In this document: positions 1 to 8,732 of the stretch, one piece after another
Position numbering within the stretch: position 1 is the stretch's first letter
Layout of the letters: each line of letters begins with the position of its first letter
Origin: Candidatus Omnitrophica bacterium UBA6215
GTDB taxonomy: Bacteria > Omnitrophota > Gorgyraeia > Pluralincolimonadales > Pluralincolimonadaceae
Assembly: GCA_002421665.1 (NCBI GenBank)
Contig: DISH01000005.1
Location: 14,092-78,091 of the forward strand
Direction of reading: 5' to 3'
Length of the DNA: 64,000 nucleotides
The notes under the pieces: model-generated
Database searches by the model: none
The model's input: the letters and a program-made list of their open reading frames with translations, nothing else
Told to the model about the DNA's origin: nothing
Position numbers and translations under genes: made by a program

Positions 1-327
1 GGCGGAGACGAACAATATCAGGAAAAATACGGGGGAAAGGAAGGTAACACATCTGATGCTATTTATACTATCCCGAGGGGCATAATCCTTATGTCTTGGT
101 GGTATGATTCGAAAGACACTTTGTGCAAAATGAAAAATACCCCTCATTTCTATGATTCGTTGGGTTTTAATTATTTAGCAGCCGGTTATAAGGATGCAGA
201 TAACATTGCTGCTTGGGCGAAAGCTACCGAAGGAAGCAAGGGATGTATGGGGATGATCGTAACTACATGGGATGGCTGGAAAAGGAATATAGAGGGTATA
301 AGATATACAGCAGAAACTGCCTGGTAA
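1..327 (+). CDS. C-terminal fragment of a gene that starts upstream of the window (hypothetical protein)
   Basis: Frame 1 is open from nt 1 to the stop at 325-327. The listed ORF 91..327 is only its tail. No recognisable catalytic motif. It is immediately followed, and probably co-transcribed, by a GT4 gene. Confidence 0.4.
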   Translation, partial: GGDEQYQEKYGGKEGNTSDAIYTIPRGIILMSWWYDSKDTLCKMKNTPHFYDSLGFNYLAAGYKDADNIAAWAKATEGSKGCMGMIVTTWDGWKRNIEGIRYTAETAW

Positions 328-331
328 AGAC

Positions 332-1522
332 ATGAAGATACTTTTCCTGACATCAAGGTTCCCTTATCCCCCTTATGGAGGGGATAAATTGAGGGTGTTT
401 AATTTCATTAAGTACCTTTCTCGGAAACATGAGATACATCTTATATCTTTTATCGAATCCGAGAACGAAAAAAAATATCTCGCGGAGATGGAAAAATATT
501 GCAAACGCATAGAGATAGTACTCCTGAGCCCCGGGAAATCATATTTAAATTGTGCCGCGTTCTCGATAACGAACTTGCCGTTCCAGGTTGCCTATTACCG
601 TGATTCCTCAATGCGAGGGAAGGTGGATGAAATGATACGCGGCGAAAACTATGATGCGGTCTATGTTCACCTTATGAGGATGGCGCAGTATGTTTACGGA
701 TGTAATAGCGTAAACAGAGTTCTTGACCTTACCGATTCCCTCTCTTTGAGCCTTTTCCGGTCGCTTAAATACAGAAGACACGTGTTCTTTTTGTTCTATT
801 TTCTGGAATGGCTTAAAGTGAAAAGATATGAACGCGCGGCTGTAAAAGTTTTCGAAAGATCTTTACTTATATCAAGCGCCGATACATGTTCGGAGACTTT
901 ACTTGCCGCGGGAGAAAAGATCTCTATTGTCGGCAATGGGGTGGACCTTGGATATTTCAAGCCTTCCAACGGTCCGTACGACAAGGATAAGATAGCTTTT
1001 GTGGGCAATATGCATAGCTTCCCTAACCGTGACGGAGTGTTATATTTTTGCGACAGGATATTGCCGGTAATAAGGAAGCGCAGGCCGGATATGAAGTTTT
1101 ATGTAATAGGCGCTAATCCTCCGGATAAGATAAAGAAACTTGATGACGGTAAGACCGTGTTTGTCACGGGTCCCGTGGATGATACAAGAAAATACCTTAA
1201 CGATGCTTTGGCGCTCGTCTGTCCAATAAGGACGGCCACAGGCATGCAAAATAAGATAATGGAAGCCATGTCCATGGGTTTGCCGGTTATTTCTACAAAA
1301 ATCTCCGCCCAGTGGCTTGAAGATAGCGATAGAGCGGGGATAATCTTGGCGGATAATGAAGAAGAATTCGCGAAAGCTGTCTTATCTGTAGTTGAAAATG
1401 ACAACTTGAGGCATGAATTGTCATTGCAAGCAAGGAGATATTCCGAAGATAATTTCTCTTGGGACGGGAATATAGAAAAGCTTGAAAAAAGTATGACAAG
1501 AGGAGCCAATGGGGACAGTTAA
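332..1522 (+). CDS. glycosyltransferase family 4 (GT-B, retaining)
   Basis: 396 aa. C-terminal GT1/GT4 signature region (GNGVD..., EAMSMGLPVISTKIS with the E-x7-E-like motif). Its start is 4 nt after the upstream stop. Confidence 0.85.
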   Translation: MKILFLTSRFPYPPYGGDKLRVFNFIKYLSRKHEIHLISFIESENEKKYLAEMEKYCKRIEIVLLSPGKSYLNCAAFSITNLPFQVAYYRDSSMRGKVDEMIRGENYDAVYVHLMRMAQYVYGCNSVNRVLDLTDSLSLSLFRSLKYRRHVFFLFYFLEWLKVKRYERAAVKVFERSLLISSADTCSETLLAAGEKISIVGNGVDLGYFKPSNGPYDKDKIAFVGNMHSFPNRDGVLYFCDRILPVIRKRRPDMKFYVIGANPPDKIKKLDDGKTVFVTGPVDDTRKYLNDALALVCPIRTATGMQNKIMEAMSMGLPVISTKISAQWLEDSDRAGIILADNEEEFAKAVLSVVENDNLRHELSLQARRYSEDNFSWDGNIEKLEKSMTRGANGDS

Positions 1523-2552
1523 ATATTTTCTCCTTACGTTTTTCGTTTCTGCCGGCACAGCGGTAGTATTGACCCCAATTATAAGAAGGATTGCTCTTAC
1601 CTTGGGAGTGGTTGATAAGCCCGGCGGAAGAAAAATACACAGGAATAATATGCCCACTCTCGGCGGAGTCGCGATCGCCGCGGCATTTTTTGCGGGCATC
1701 GCCGCGGCATTTTATGCGGTACCCGGGGCCATGGATACGTTTTCTCTGAAGTTCTCCGGATTTTGCGTAGCCGGCGCGATGATAGTCATACTCGGAATAA
1801 TAGACGACGTCAAACCCCTTAATGCGAAGCCTAAATTTTTCGTTCAGATCGTCGCGGCTGCCGTCCTTGTGGCCTGCGGGTTTATAGTCGAAGAGGTGAC
1901 AATTCCTTTTTTCGGGAAACTGTCCCTGGGGTTCCTGGGCGTGATATTCTCGATGCTCTGGATAGTTGGCATAACGAACGCGATAAACCTGCTTGACGGG
2001 CTTGACGGATTGGCAGCCGGAGTTTCCGGAATAGCCTCTTTCTTTATATTCGTCTCCGCGCTTGAGCAACATGATTATGTAGTAGCTTCCCTGGCATTTG
2101 CCCTTACGGGAGCATGTGCGGGTTTCCTGCCGTTCAATTTCTACCCGGCAAAGATATTTATGGGCAATCCCGGGAGTATGTTCCTTGGGCTGGTCCTGGC
2201 ATCCATAGCGCTGGTTAGTTTCCAGAAAAGCAGCACTATAATAACCCTTTTTATCCCCGTCATAGCCCTGGGCATACCCATAATAGATACGACCCTAGCC
2301 GTCGTCAGAAGACTGGCCAAGAAGAGGCATATATTCCAGGCGGATAAAGAACATATACACCATAAATTATTGTTCAGGGAGGAATCACAGAGAAGAGTTG
2401 TTTTGTCCCTGTATTTTCTTTCGGCATGTTTCGGCATGATAGCCCTGAGTTTCAGGGGGATAAAGGGTTTATATGCAATCGCGGCGCTTGCCATAGTTAT
2501 CGTTGTGACTTATAAATGGATGAAGGATTCCGGGTTCCTGGATTTCAGGTGA
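1509..2552 (+). CDS. polyprenyl-phosphate sugar-1-phosphate transferase, MraY/WecA (TagO) family
   Basis: 347 aa, multi-pass membrane protein. Carries the hallmark NAINLLDGLDGLAAG motif of UDP-HexNAc:undecaprenyl-P HexNAc-1-P transferases. Overlaps the GT4 gene by 14 nt. Confidence 0.85.
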   Translation: MGTVKYFLLTFFVSAGTAVVLTPIIRRIALTLGVVDKPGGRKIHRNNMPTLGGVAIAAAFFAGIAAAFYAVPGAMDTFSLKFSGFCVAGAMIVILGIIDDVKPLNAKPKFFVQIVAAAVLVACGFIVEEVTIPFFGKLSLGFLGVIFSMLWIVGITNAINLLDGLDGLAAGVSGIASFFIFVSALEQHDYVVASLAFALTGACAGFLPFNFYPAKIFMGNPGSMFLGLVLASIALVSFQKSSTIITLFIPVIALGIPIIDTTLAVVRRLAKKRHIFQADKEHIHHKLLFREESQRRVVLSLYFLSACFGMIALSFRGIKGLYAIAALAIVIVVTYKWMKDSGFLDFR

Positions 2553-2600
2553 GTTATTTGCTTGACAAAATTGCTCAAATATAGTAAATTTTAGTGACAT

Positions 2601-3425
2601 ATGGAATGCTCATTAGCTATTAAAGGCATAGCCAGCACAAGGGTCCTTCAGGAAGTGGAAGACGCTTTCCTGAAGCTTACGGGGATGGAGTTCTCTTTCA
2701 TCGACCTTAAAGGTAAACCCGTCATTATACCGCAGTACGCCGGACACTCATGCAAGTCACTGATATCTTCCAAGAAGAAAGACCAGATTTTCCTCGATCT
2801 TGTCAATAAATCGTGCGCAAGTGCCGGCAGTTCGAAAAGGACTTGTTTTGCGGAATATAATAAATTGCAGATAGCGTTCATACCTATCGTTATAGAGGAA
2901 AAGGCGATAGGTGTTATAATGATGTGTCCCGGCCAAGCGGACAATTCCGGCGTAAGGAAAGAGCAGGTAAAGAATGCCGCCGAGCTTTTATCTATCCTGA
3001 TAAATTACATCTTCAAGCATGAGTTCGATTTCCTCGTGGTTTCGGAGTCGGATAAACAATTTTCGCGCAACCAGGAAGCGGTACTAAAGGCCGTGGCTTT
3101 TATAAAAAAGAATTACCATGACAAGGATATATCGCTGCAAAAGGTAGCTTCCGAAGTATCTTTGAGCCACTATTACTTCAGCCATATTTTTAAAGATGAG
3201 CTTAAGATTACTTTCATCGAATACCTGACCAAGATCAGGATGGAAGCGGCAGCGAAGATGCTCAAGAACAGGAACCTTAACGTCAACCAGATAGCTTATG
3301 CTGTAGGATACCAGGACCCGAATTATTTCAGTAAAGTTTTCAAAAGATACATGAAAACATCTCCTATAGAATACAGGAACAGCGTACTGAAGAAGGGGGT
3401 TGAAAAGCAAATTATTACGGCATAA
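2601..3425 (+). CDS. AraC-family transcriptional regulator with N-terminal PocR-like sensor domain
   Basis: C-terminal double HTH (QIAYAVGYQDPNYFSKVFKRYMKTSPIEYR). The N-terminal ~150 aa resemble the PocR ligand-binding domain. A TTGACA-17-TAAATT promoter-like element lies at 2562-2590. Confidence 0.8.
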   Translation: MECSLAIKGIASTRVLQEVEDAFLKLTGMEFSFIDLKGKPVIIPQYAGHSCKSLISSKKKDQIFLDLVNKSCASAGSSKRTCFAEYNKLQIAFIPIVIEEKAIGVIMMCPGQADNSGVRKEQVKNAAELLSILINYIFKHEFDFLVVSESDKQFSRNQEAVLKAVAFIKKNYHDKDISLQKVASEVSLSHYYFSHIFKDELKITFIEYLTKIRMEAAAKMLKNRNLNVNQIAYAVGYQDPNYFSKVFKRYMKTSPIEYRNSVLKKGVEKQIITA

Positions 3426-3433
3426 AAGCAACA

Positions 3434-3468
3434 AAAACCGTTGACACGGTTTACTTTTGTGTTATACT
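3434..3468 (+). promoter_or_regulatory. rho-independent terminator hairpin (AAACCG-TTGACA-CGGTTT + T-tract) overlapping a TTGACA-16-TATACT promoter for the PilZ gene
   Basis: Inverted repeat 3435-3440/3447-3452 followed by ACTTTTGTGTT. The hairpin loop is itself TTGACA, with a TATACT -10 at 3463-3468. Confidence 0.45.
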
Positions 3469-3502
3469 AACCTTAACTTAAAGCAGGACAAGGAGAAATA
3501 AT

Positions 3503-3967
3503 TTGGAACGCAGAAAGTTTAAACGTGTCGAAGTTAATGTTGCTATCAGGGGAAAGCTGGTAGATCCCCAAAAGAAGATAGATATTTCAGGCAGTATCCC
3601 ATTGAGGGCAAAGAACTTAAGCGAGGGAGGGGCTTTGCTCGAGTGGCCTCGTTCGTGGAATTGCGAAACCTGTTCAAATTGCCTTGGCTGGGTCCATAAT
3701 TCAGGATGCAGGCTTAAAGAAGATAACTCCGGCGGGGAAGAATTCAATAAGGATCTCGTACCTGAGATGCACATTACCCTGAACATTATACCGGGAAACG
3801 ACCTTGAACCTGTGGATGCGCTTGCCAAGGTAAACTGGGTACGTCCGGCCATAAGTAATGATCCCGGGAATTACCATATTGGCGTATCATTCGTCGATGA
3901 CGGGAAGCAGGAGCCTGATATCAAAAAAAAGATATTAGTAATAAAGAAGTCTTTTGATAATGGTTAA
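3503..3967 (+). CDS. PilZ domain protein (c-di-GMP receptor-like)
   Basis: 154 aa. RxxxR (RRKFKRVEV) and N/DxSxxG (NLSEGGALLE) PilZ motifs. TTG start 6 nt after an AGGAGA RBS. Unusual Cys cluster CETCSNC...C inside the domain. Confidence 0.7.
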   Translation: MERRKFKRVEVNVAIRGKLVDPQKKIDISGSIPLRAKNLSEGGALLEWPRSWNCETCSNCLGWVHNSGCRLKEDNSGGEEFNKDLVPEMHITLNIIPGNDLEPVDALAKVNWVRPAISNDPGNYHIGVSFVDDGKQEPDIKKKILVIKKSFDNG

Positions 3968-4802
3968 AGCTGTTTGGTCCGTAACTTTAAGGATGATAGG
4001 CAGGCACCCGAGCGTACTGGTGCCTTTTTTTCTGAAAGCGTTATTCGAAGGGTTGGTCCTTACCGTGTTATTCTACTATCCCCGCCCGCCTCTTTCAGTC
4101 GTATTCGCGGAACCGGTGAAGACCTTTTTCGGGCCGGCTTTTCTTCATTACCCGTATAACTTCAACCTGCTGCCGACGCTTTATTATTACGGCCAACTAG
4201 TATCCATGGTAATTTTTGGTGTAATAATGTACGGCATGGCCATGTCCCTTGTTTCGCAGGCGCATTCTGCCGACGAGGAAGTCAGGTTATTTGGCAGTTT
4301 TAACAGGGCGGTAAGAAGGTATTTCCCTTTATTGGGAATATGGATCGTCATATCGGTCCTTTCAGCGCTGGTGCTCAGCGGCCCGTCGTTTATCATAAAG
4401 AAAACCATGCAGCCTACCCCCGCAGCCATAACGCTGGTGTACATATTTTCATATGCCGGCATAGCGGCCGCTTTTTTAGTGGAGACCCTTTTTATTTACT
4501 CTTACCCTGCAATAATAATCGAGAGGAGCGGTTTTATAGCGTCGATATCACGGTCTTTTGGCATGGCAAAAAAACTTTTTCTTACTACCGTATGCATAGT
4601 ATTTATCCCGAGGTTACTTGAAGTATTGTTTATGTTCGTCAAACAGAAACAGCAAGGCATAATGAATTTGACCGTGCCCGAGATGATGCTGGTCATATTA
4701 GGCGCGGGGATAGTGGTATCCTTTGTTACCGATTCGCTGGTATTCCTAAGCGCGGCCAATCTTTTTATATTAAAACAAGAAAACGAAAAAGGGAAAGACT
4801 GA
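3954..4802 (+). CDS. polytopic membrane protein, unknown function
   Basis: 282 aa with 6-8 hydrophobic helices. Overlaps the PilZ gene stop by 14 nt (co-transcribed). Confidence 0.5.
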   Translation: MIMVKAVWSVTLRMIGRHPSVLVPFFLKALFEGLVLTVLFYYPRPPLSVVFAEPVKTFFGPAFLHYPYNFNLLPTLYYYGQLVSMVIFGVIMYGMAMSLVSQAHSADEEVRLFGSFNRAVRRYFPLLGIWIVISVLSALVLSGPSFIIKKTMQPTPAAITLVYIFSYAGIAAAFLVETLFIYSYPAIIIERSGFIASISRSFGMAKKLFLTTVCIVFIPRLLEVLFMFVKQKQQGIMNLTVPEMMLVILGAGIVVSFVTDSLVFLSAANLFILKQENEKGKD

Positions 4803-4805
4803 CAG

Positions 4806-5651
4806 ATGCCCAGGACAGCGGGATTTTTATGCGCCGTATTTTTGTTTGCGGCTTGCTTAGGCGGATGCGATTCGACCAGGTATTCGGCCGAGAAGAGATT
4901 CTGGCACGCTTCAAGGGATTATAACAAATTATTAAAATCACAGGATACCGCCTCAGCCGTCGACTACCAGAGGGTTATAGATAAGTTCAGGGAGATAACG
5001 ATAAGGTATCCCATGTGGCCTAACAGCGCGCAGGCCCAATTTAATATCGCGCAGTTGTACGCCATGCAGGGCAATATGGCGAAGGGGAAGGATGAATTTT
5101 ACGTAATATTGAAAGATTACCCTGAAAACAAGGATATGTGCGCGAGAGCGTTGTTCATGATAGCTCTGGCCTATGAAATGGGTGACGATTGGCCGAAGGC
5201 TCTCGAGGAGCTAAATAGAATAACCGTTGACTACCCCGAAACAGGGATAGCTTTGCAGGTGCCGGTCCATATAGCCGAATATTACAAGATAAAAGGAAAG
5301 AATGAAGAGGCCTCGGCCGCATACTCTGCCGCGATCGAAAAATACCGTAATGTAATATCAAAAGAACCAAATACTTACGCCGCGCTGGCCGCAGTGGACT
5401 TTATTGTGTCGTGTTACGCGGACCAGGAGAAATGGAACGACGCGGTCGATTACCTCGGCTCCCTGGCCTCATCCTATGAAGATCTGGTCTTGGCGCCAAA
5501 AGCCCTGTTTGTGGAAGCGGCGATATATGAACAGAAATTGAATATGCCGGATAAGGCCGAGATCAATTACAAGAAGATCATAGAGAAATACGGCAATACT
5601 CCTTTTGCCAAGCCGGCGAAAGACCAATTGGCGGCGCTCAAGAAAAAATGA
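4806..5651 (+). CDS. TPR-repeat lipoprotein (exosortase-system-associated, PrsT-like, short)
   Basis: Lipoprotein signal MPRTAGFLCAVFLFAACLGGC followed by TPR-like helical repeats. Its stop overlaps the exosortase start. Confidence 0.65.
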   Translation: MPRTAGFLCAVFLFAACLGGCDSTRYSAEKRFWHASRDYNKLLKSQDTASAVDYQRVIDKFREITIRYPMWPNSAQAQFNIAQLYAMQGNMAKGKDEFYVILKDYPENKDMCARALFMIALAYEMGDDWPKALEELNRITVDYPETGIALQVPVHIAEYYKIKGKNEEASAAYSAAIEKYRNVISKEPNTYAALAAVDFIVSCYADQEKWNDAVDYLGSLASSYEDLVLAPKALFVEAAIYEQKLNMPDKAEINYKKIIEKYGNTPFAKPAKDQLAALKKK

Positions 5652-6481
5652 AGCTTATATCCAGGCTGGGTCCCGCTATAGCGGGTGTGCTGCTGGCGGC
5701 GGTATATTGGCCCACTTTTGTGTGGATGGCAGCACGTTTTGAAGAAGCCGATACTTATTATTCGCATGGCTATCTCGTGCCTTTTGTGTTTGCCTACATC
5801 CTTTGGATAAAACGAGACGAATTTAAAAAATGCGCTATCAAACCTCTTTCCGCCGGGCTGGCCCTTTTCCTGCCGGCACTCCTGATCCACCTTATAGCTT
5901 ATTTTTTCGAGATAAATTTTGTCTCCGGTTTCTCCATAATTTTAGCGTTGTTCGGACTCTGCCTTTATTTGTACGGGGCCGGCGCCGCGAAGAAAGCCGC
6001 TTTTGCGATAATATTCCTTACATTCATGATACCCCTCCCGCAAGTCTTGATCATAAACATTAGTTTTAATATGAAGATGATGGCTGCCAACGCGGCTACT
6101 TATATTATACAGCTGATGGGCATACCGGCGGTCAGGGAAGGCAGTATAGTATACCTTAAGCCCGGCACGTTCCTTACCGTAGGGGATCCGTGCAGCGGCC
6201 TCAGGTCGCTTATAGCGCTTACCGCGTTAGGAGCTCTTTATGCCTATCTGGTGAAAGTCTCCGCGGCGAAGAAGATGCTGCTGTTTTTATTGTCTATACC
6301 TATAGCGCTGGCAGCTAATATACTGAGGATAGTCCTCCTGTTGTTGGTAGCTTATGCGTACAACGCGCAGGTTGCCACCGGGAAGTTCGTGCATGATTTT
6401 CTCGCTTTCCTATTGTATGTGTTTGCTATAATCGGTTTAATACTGGCCGGAAGGATATTGTCTTGGGAAAAAAAGAAATAA
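5648..6481 (+). CDS. exosortase (Xrt family, short form)
   Basis: 277 aa. N-terminal W..W...YSHGYLVP...WI exosortase signature, catalytic Cys motif DPCSGLRSL, conserved Arg-containing TM helix (ANILRIVLLL). Confidence 0.85.
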   Translation: MKLISRLGPAIAGVLLAAVYWPTFVWMAARFEEADTYYSHGYLVPFVFAYILWIKRDEFKKCAIKPLSAGLALFLPALLIHLIAYFFEINFVSGFSIILALFGLCLYLYGAGAAKKAAFAIIFLTFMIPLPQVLIINISFNMKMMAANAATYIIQLMGIPAVREGSIVYLKPGTFLTVGDPCSGLRSLIALTALGALYAYLVKVSAAKKMLLFLLSIPIALAANILRIVLLLLVAYAYNAQVATGKFVHDFLAFLLYVFAIIGLILAGRILSWEKKK

Positions 6482-7113
6482 ACACACTCATATCCATAGT
6501 TGTGCTCTTTGCGTGCCTGACGGCGGTATTGTTCATTTCGTCCTTAAAGAGGACGCCGGCCAGGGATGTCAGGATACTTTCTTTCCCGATGGAATTGGCG
6601 GGCTGGCAGGGAGCCGATGTGGAATTTAAGGATAAGGAGTACCTTAAAAGGGTATACGAGATACTCGGGACAGATAAAATCCTGATACGCTCTTACCGGA
6701 ACAGCGGCGGAGAAAGGATATCGATGCAGGTTGTTTATTCCGACCAAAAGAGGCAAAGTTTTCATCCCCCGGAATATTGCTACCTTGGCAGCGGGAACAA
6801 CGAAATGTTGTACAGGGGAAAGGTTGATATCGATCTTGGCGGGGGGGAATCCTTTTCGGCGAACGAGTCGGTCTACCAGGTATCCAGGAACAAGGTTCTT
6901 ATGCTGGATTGGTATACTTCAGGGGATATCATGACCGGCAATTATTATAAACAGCAGTTGTACTTTGTCTTGAACCAGTTTAAGCATGCCAAGAACGGAG
7001 GTTCGGCAGTCAGGGTCTGGACTGTTGTTGCCTCGGATGGAGAACCTGCCGCGCTGGAAAGATGCAAGAAGTTTATAAAGGAAGTAGCGAAGGTCCTCCC
7101 CGATTACCTATAA
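6463..7113 (+). CDS. EpsI-family exosortase-associated protein
   Basis: 216 aa. N-terminal TM anchor. HPPEYCYLGSG motif typical of EpsI. Overlaps the exosortase gene by 19 nt. Confidence 0.8.
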   Translation: MGKKEINTLISIVVLFACLTAVLFISSLKRTPARDVRILSFPMELAGWQGADVEFKDKEYLKRVYEILGTDKILIRSYRNSGGERISMQVVYSDQKRQSFHPPEYCYLGSGNNEMLYRGKVDIDLGGGESFSANESVYQVSRNKVLMLDWYTSGDIMTGNYYKQQLYFVLNQFKHAKNGGSAVRVWTVVASDGEPAALERCKKFIKEVAKVLPDYL

Positions 7114-7143
7114 ATAATACCATAAAATAGCAATTTATTTCTC

Positions 7144-7172
7144 TTGACACTTCTATCTTGTTAAGGTATATT
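7144..7172 (+). promoter_or_regulatory. sigma70-type promoter TTGACA-17-TATATT for the PEP-CTERM gene pair
   Basis: Near-consensus -35/-10. Followed by a ~130-nt leader containing two 18-nt direct repeats (7183-7200 and 7270-7287). Confidence 0.5.
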
Positions 7173-7307
7173 ATAGTGGTTCATAAACACGTGTCGAAAA
7201 CTGCATGGGCAACTTCTGAATTACAAGCTCATTTAACCGGTTAACGAAAAAGTTTATTGTTCTTGAATAATAAACACGTTTCGAAAAATGGGAGCCAAGA
7301 AAGAACC

Positions 7308-7943
7308 ATGGCAAAGACGATAGTTGTTGCAGTAATGATCCTCTCCGCTATGTTGTGCCTGCCTTCTTACGCTAACGCGAATCTTTTAACCAATTCGGGA
7401 TTTGAATCCGGAGATTTCACAGGCTGGGGCCAGTGGAACGGTTCTAATACAGCGATCAATAATTGGGGTCACTCAGGGAGTTACTCTGCTTCCGGTTGGT
7501 CGGCTACGGCAACTTACCAGGATGTGGATATTACAGATCCTTCCGCCGCGCTTAAAGTCGGCGGTTATATATATGACGATGTTGCCGGAAACGAATCACT
7601 TAGGGACGGAGCCTATACCTCCTTGAGGGTTGAATTTAAGCGTTCCGACAATTCGATCGTAGGAACTTGGACAACCGGGAATCTTACCGGATTAGACCTT
7701 GCGGACAACGTTTGGAATGAGGAAACAAGTATAGTAACGCCTTTGAGCTACGGTTCCGATATCGCAAAAGCTACGCTTGTGTGGGAAGTAAACAATTCTG
7801 GCAGTGGGAACGGGAGGGGCATCTTTGACGATCTGACCATTGAATCAGCGCCCGTTCCTGAACCTGCCAGTCTTTTGTTGTTGGGCAGCGGTTTGTTTGG
7901 AGTGGGTTTCTTGAACAGGTTTAAAAACAAAAGAAAGGGGTGA
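7308..7943 (+). CDS. PEP-CTERM sorting-signal protein with N-terminal CBM4_9/galactose-binding-like domain
   Basis: Signal peptide MAKTIVVAVMILSAMLCLPSYANA, then ANLLTNSGFESGDFTGW (CBM4_9-type start). C-terminus VPEPASLLLLGSGLFGVGFLNRFKNKRKG (PEP motif, TM helix, basic tail). GGGAG RBS before the ATG at 7308. The track ORF 7257 start is an upstream extension. Confidence 0.85.
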   Translation: MAKTIVVAVMILSAMLCLPSYANANLLTNSGFESGDFTGWGQWNGSNTAINNWGHSGSYSASGWSATATYQDVDITDPSAALKVGGYIYDDVAGNESLRDGAYTSLRVEFKRSDNSIVGTWTTGNLTGLDLADNVWNEETSIVTPLSYGSDIAKATLVWEVNNSGSGNGRGIFDDLTIESAPVPEPASLLLLGSGLFGVGFLNRFKNKRKG

Positions 7944-7954
7944 GAAAGAGAAAG

Positions 7955-8581
7955 ATGGGAAAGTTAATAGCTGTAGTGTGTTTGTCTGTGTTATTGGTCC
8001 CTGGTGTTGCCAGCGCTAACTTGTTGGTCAACGGTGATTTTGAGGTGTCTGTTGACGGCGATTACTCGTATGGTTGGGAGAACAATGACGCAACCCAGGA
8101 CGCCTGGAATCCCGACAATCAGGTCGCTACGACCGATAACCCGCAGAGCGGGAGCCGTGCACTTCATAACTACAACGATGGTGGTATGTCGCAGACGGTT
8201 GCCGTTACGGCCGGTCAGACGTACAGACTTACGGGTTACGCTTGGGTTCCCGCCGGGACGGTTGCCAACGGTTGGGGTTCATACATCGGCGTCAAGTTCC
8301 TTAGGTCAAACGGTACGGTGTCGAAGAAATACACGGTTGACATGAAGGCCTTGACCAGGAATCAGTATAATCTCGGAGATACGGGTGATATAGCTGCTCC
8401 GGATGATGCTGTTTCTGCGAGGATCATGTTCGGTACGTACGCGAACGATCCGTATGAGGTACCTGGCGAAAGCGATTATGACAACTTCAACTTTGATGTC
8501 GCAGCTGTTCCCGAGCCTGCCAGCTTATTGCTTCTCGGCTCAGGATTGATCGGTTTGGTTGGTTTTTCAAGAAAGAAGTAA
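7955..8581 (+). CDS. PEP-CTERM sorting-signal protein with N-terminal CBM4_9/galactose-binding-like domain (paralog)
   Basis: Signal peptide MGKLIAVVCLSVLLVPGVASA, then ANLLVNGDFEVS...YGWEN. C-terminus AAVPEPASLLLLGSGLIGLVGFSRKK. An alternative GTG start at 7940 is possible. Confidence 0.85.
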   Translation: MGKLIAVVCLSVLLVPGVASANLLVNGDFEVSVDGDYSYGWENNDATQDAWNPDNQVATTDNPQSGSRALHNYNDGGMSQTVAVTAGQTYRLTGYAWVPAGTVANGWGSYIGVKFLRSNGTVSKKYTVDMKALTRNQYNLGDTGDIAAPDDAVSARIMFGTYANDPYEVPGESDYDNFNFDVAAVPEPASLLLLGSGLIGLVGFSRKK

Positions 8582-8609
8582 GCAAGTCAGTTTAGAAGTA
8601 GGAGGACGA

Positions 8610-8660
8610 AAAGGGCTTCCAACCTTCCGCTCCAGGAATTGGAAGCCCTTTTTCTATTTT
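8610..8660 (+). terminator. rho-independent terminator after the PEP-CTERM pair
   Basis: 13-bp stem AAAGGGCTTCCAA/TTGGAAGCCCTTT (8610-8622 / 8639-8651) followed by a T-tract TTTTCTATTTT. Confidence 0.6.
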
Positions 8661-8688
8661 ATACATTCCTCCGCCCGTTCTATAATCC

Positions 8689-8717
8689 TTGACTTAACAC
8701 CCTATAATCGCTATAAT
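8689..8717 (+). promoter_or_regulatory. sigma70-type promoter TTGACT-17-TATAAT driving tRNA-Val and the thrS-infC-rpmI-rplT-pheST cluster
   Basis: Consensus hexamers with 17-nt spacing, 15 nt upstream of the tRNA 5' end. Confidence 0.5.
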
Positions 8718-8732
8718 TTAGGTTCATTGCGT

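Noticed and set aside
1293-2072. 259-aa minus-strand ORF spanning the GT4/WecA junction
   Set aside because: Overlaps two well-supported sense genes. Arg/Tyr-rich nonsense composition.
7144-7307. Sigma-54 (-24 GG / -12 GC) promoter upstream of the PEP-CTERM genes, as in PrsK/PrsR-regulated systems
   Set aside because: No TGGCAC-N5-TTGC-like element found in either PEP-CTERM upstream region. Both show sigma70-type hexamers instead.
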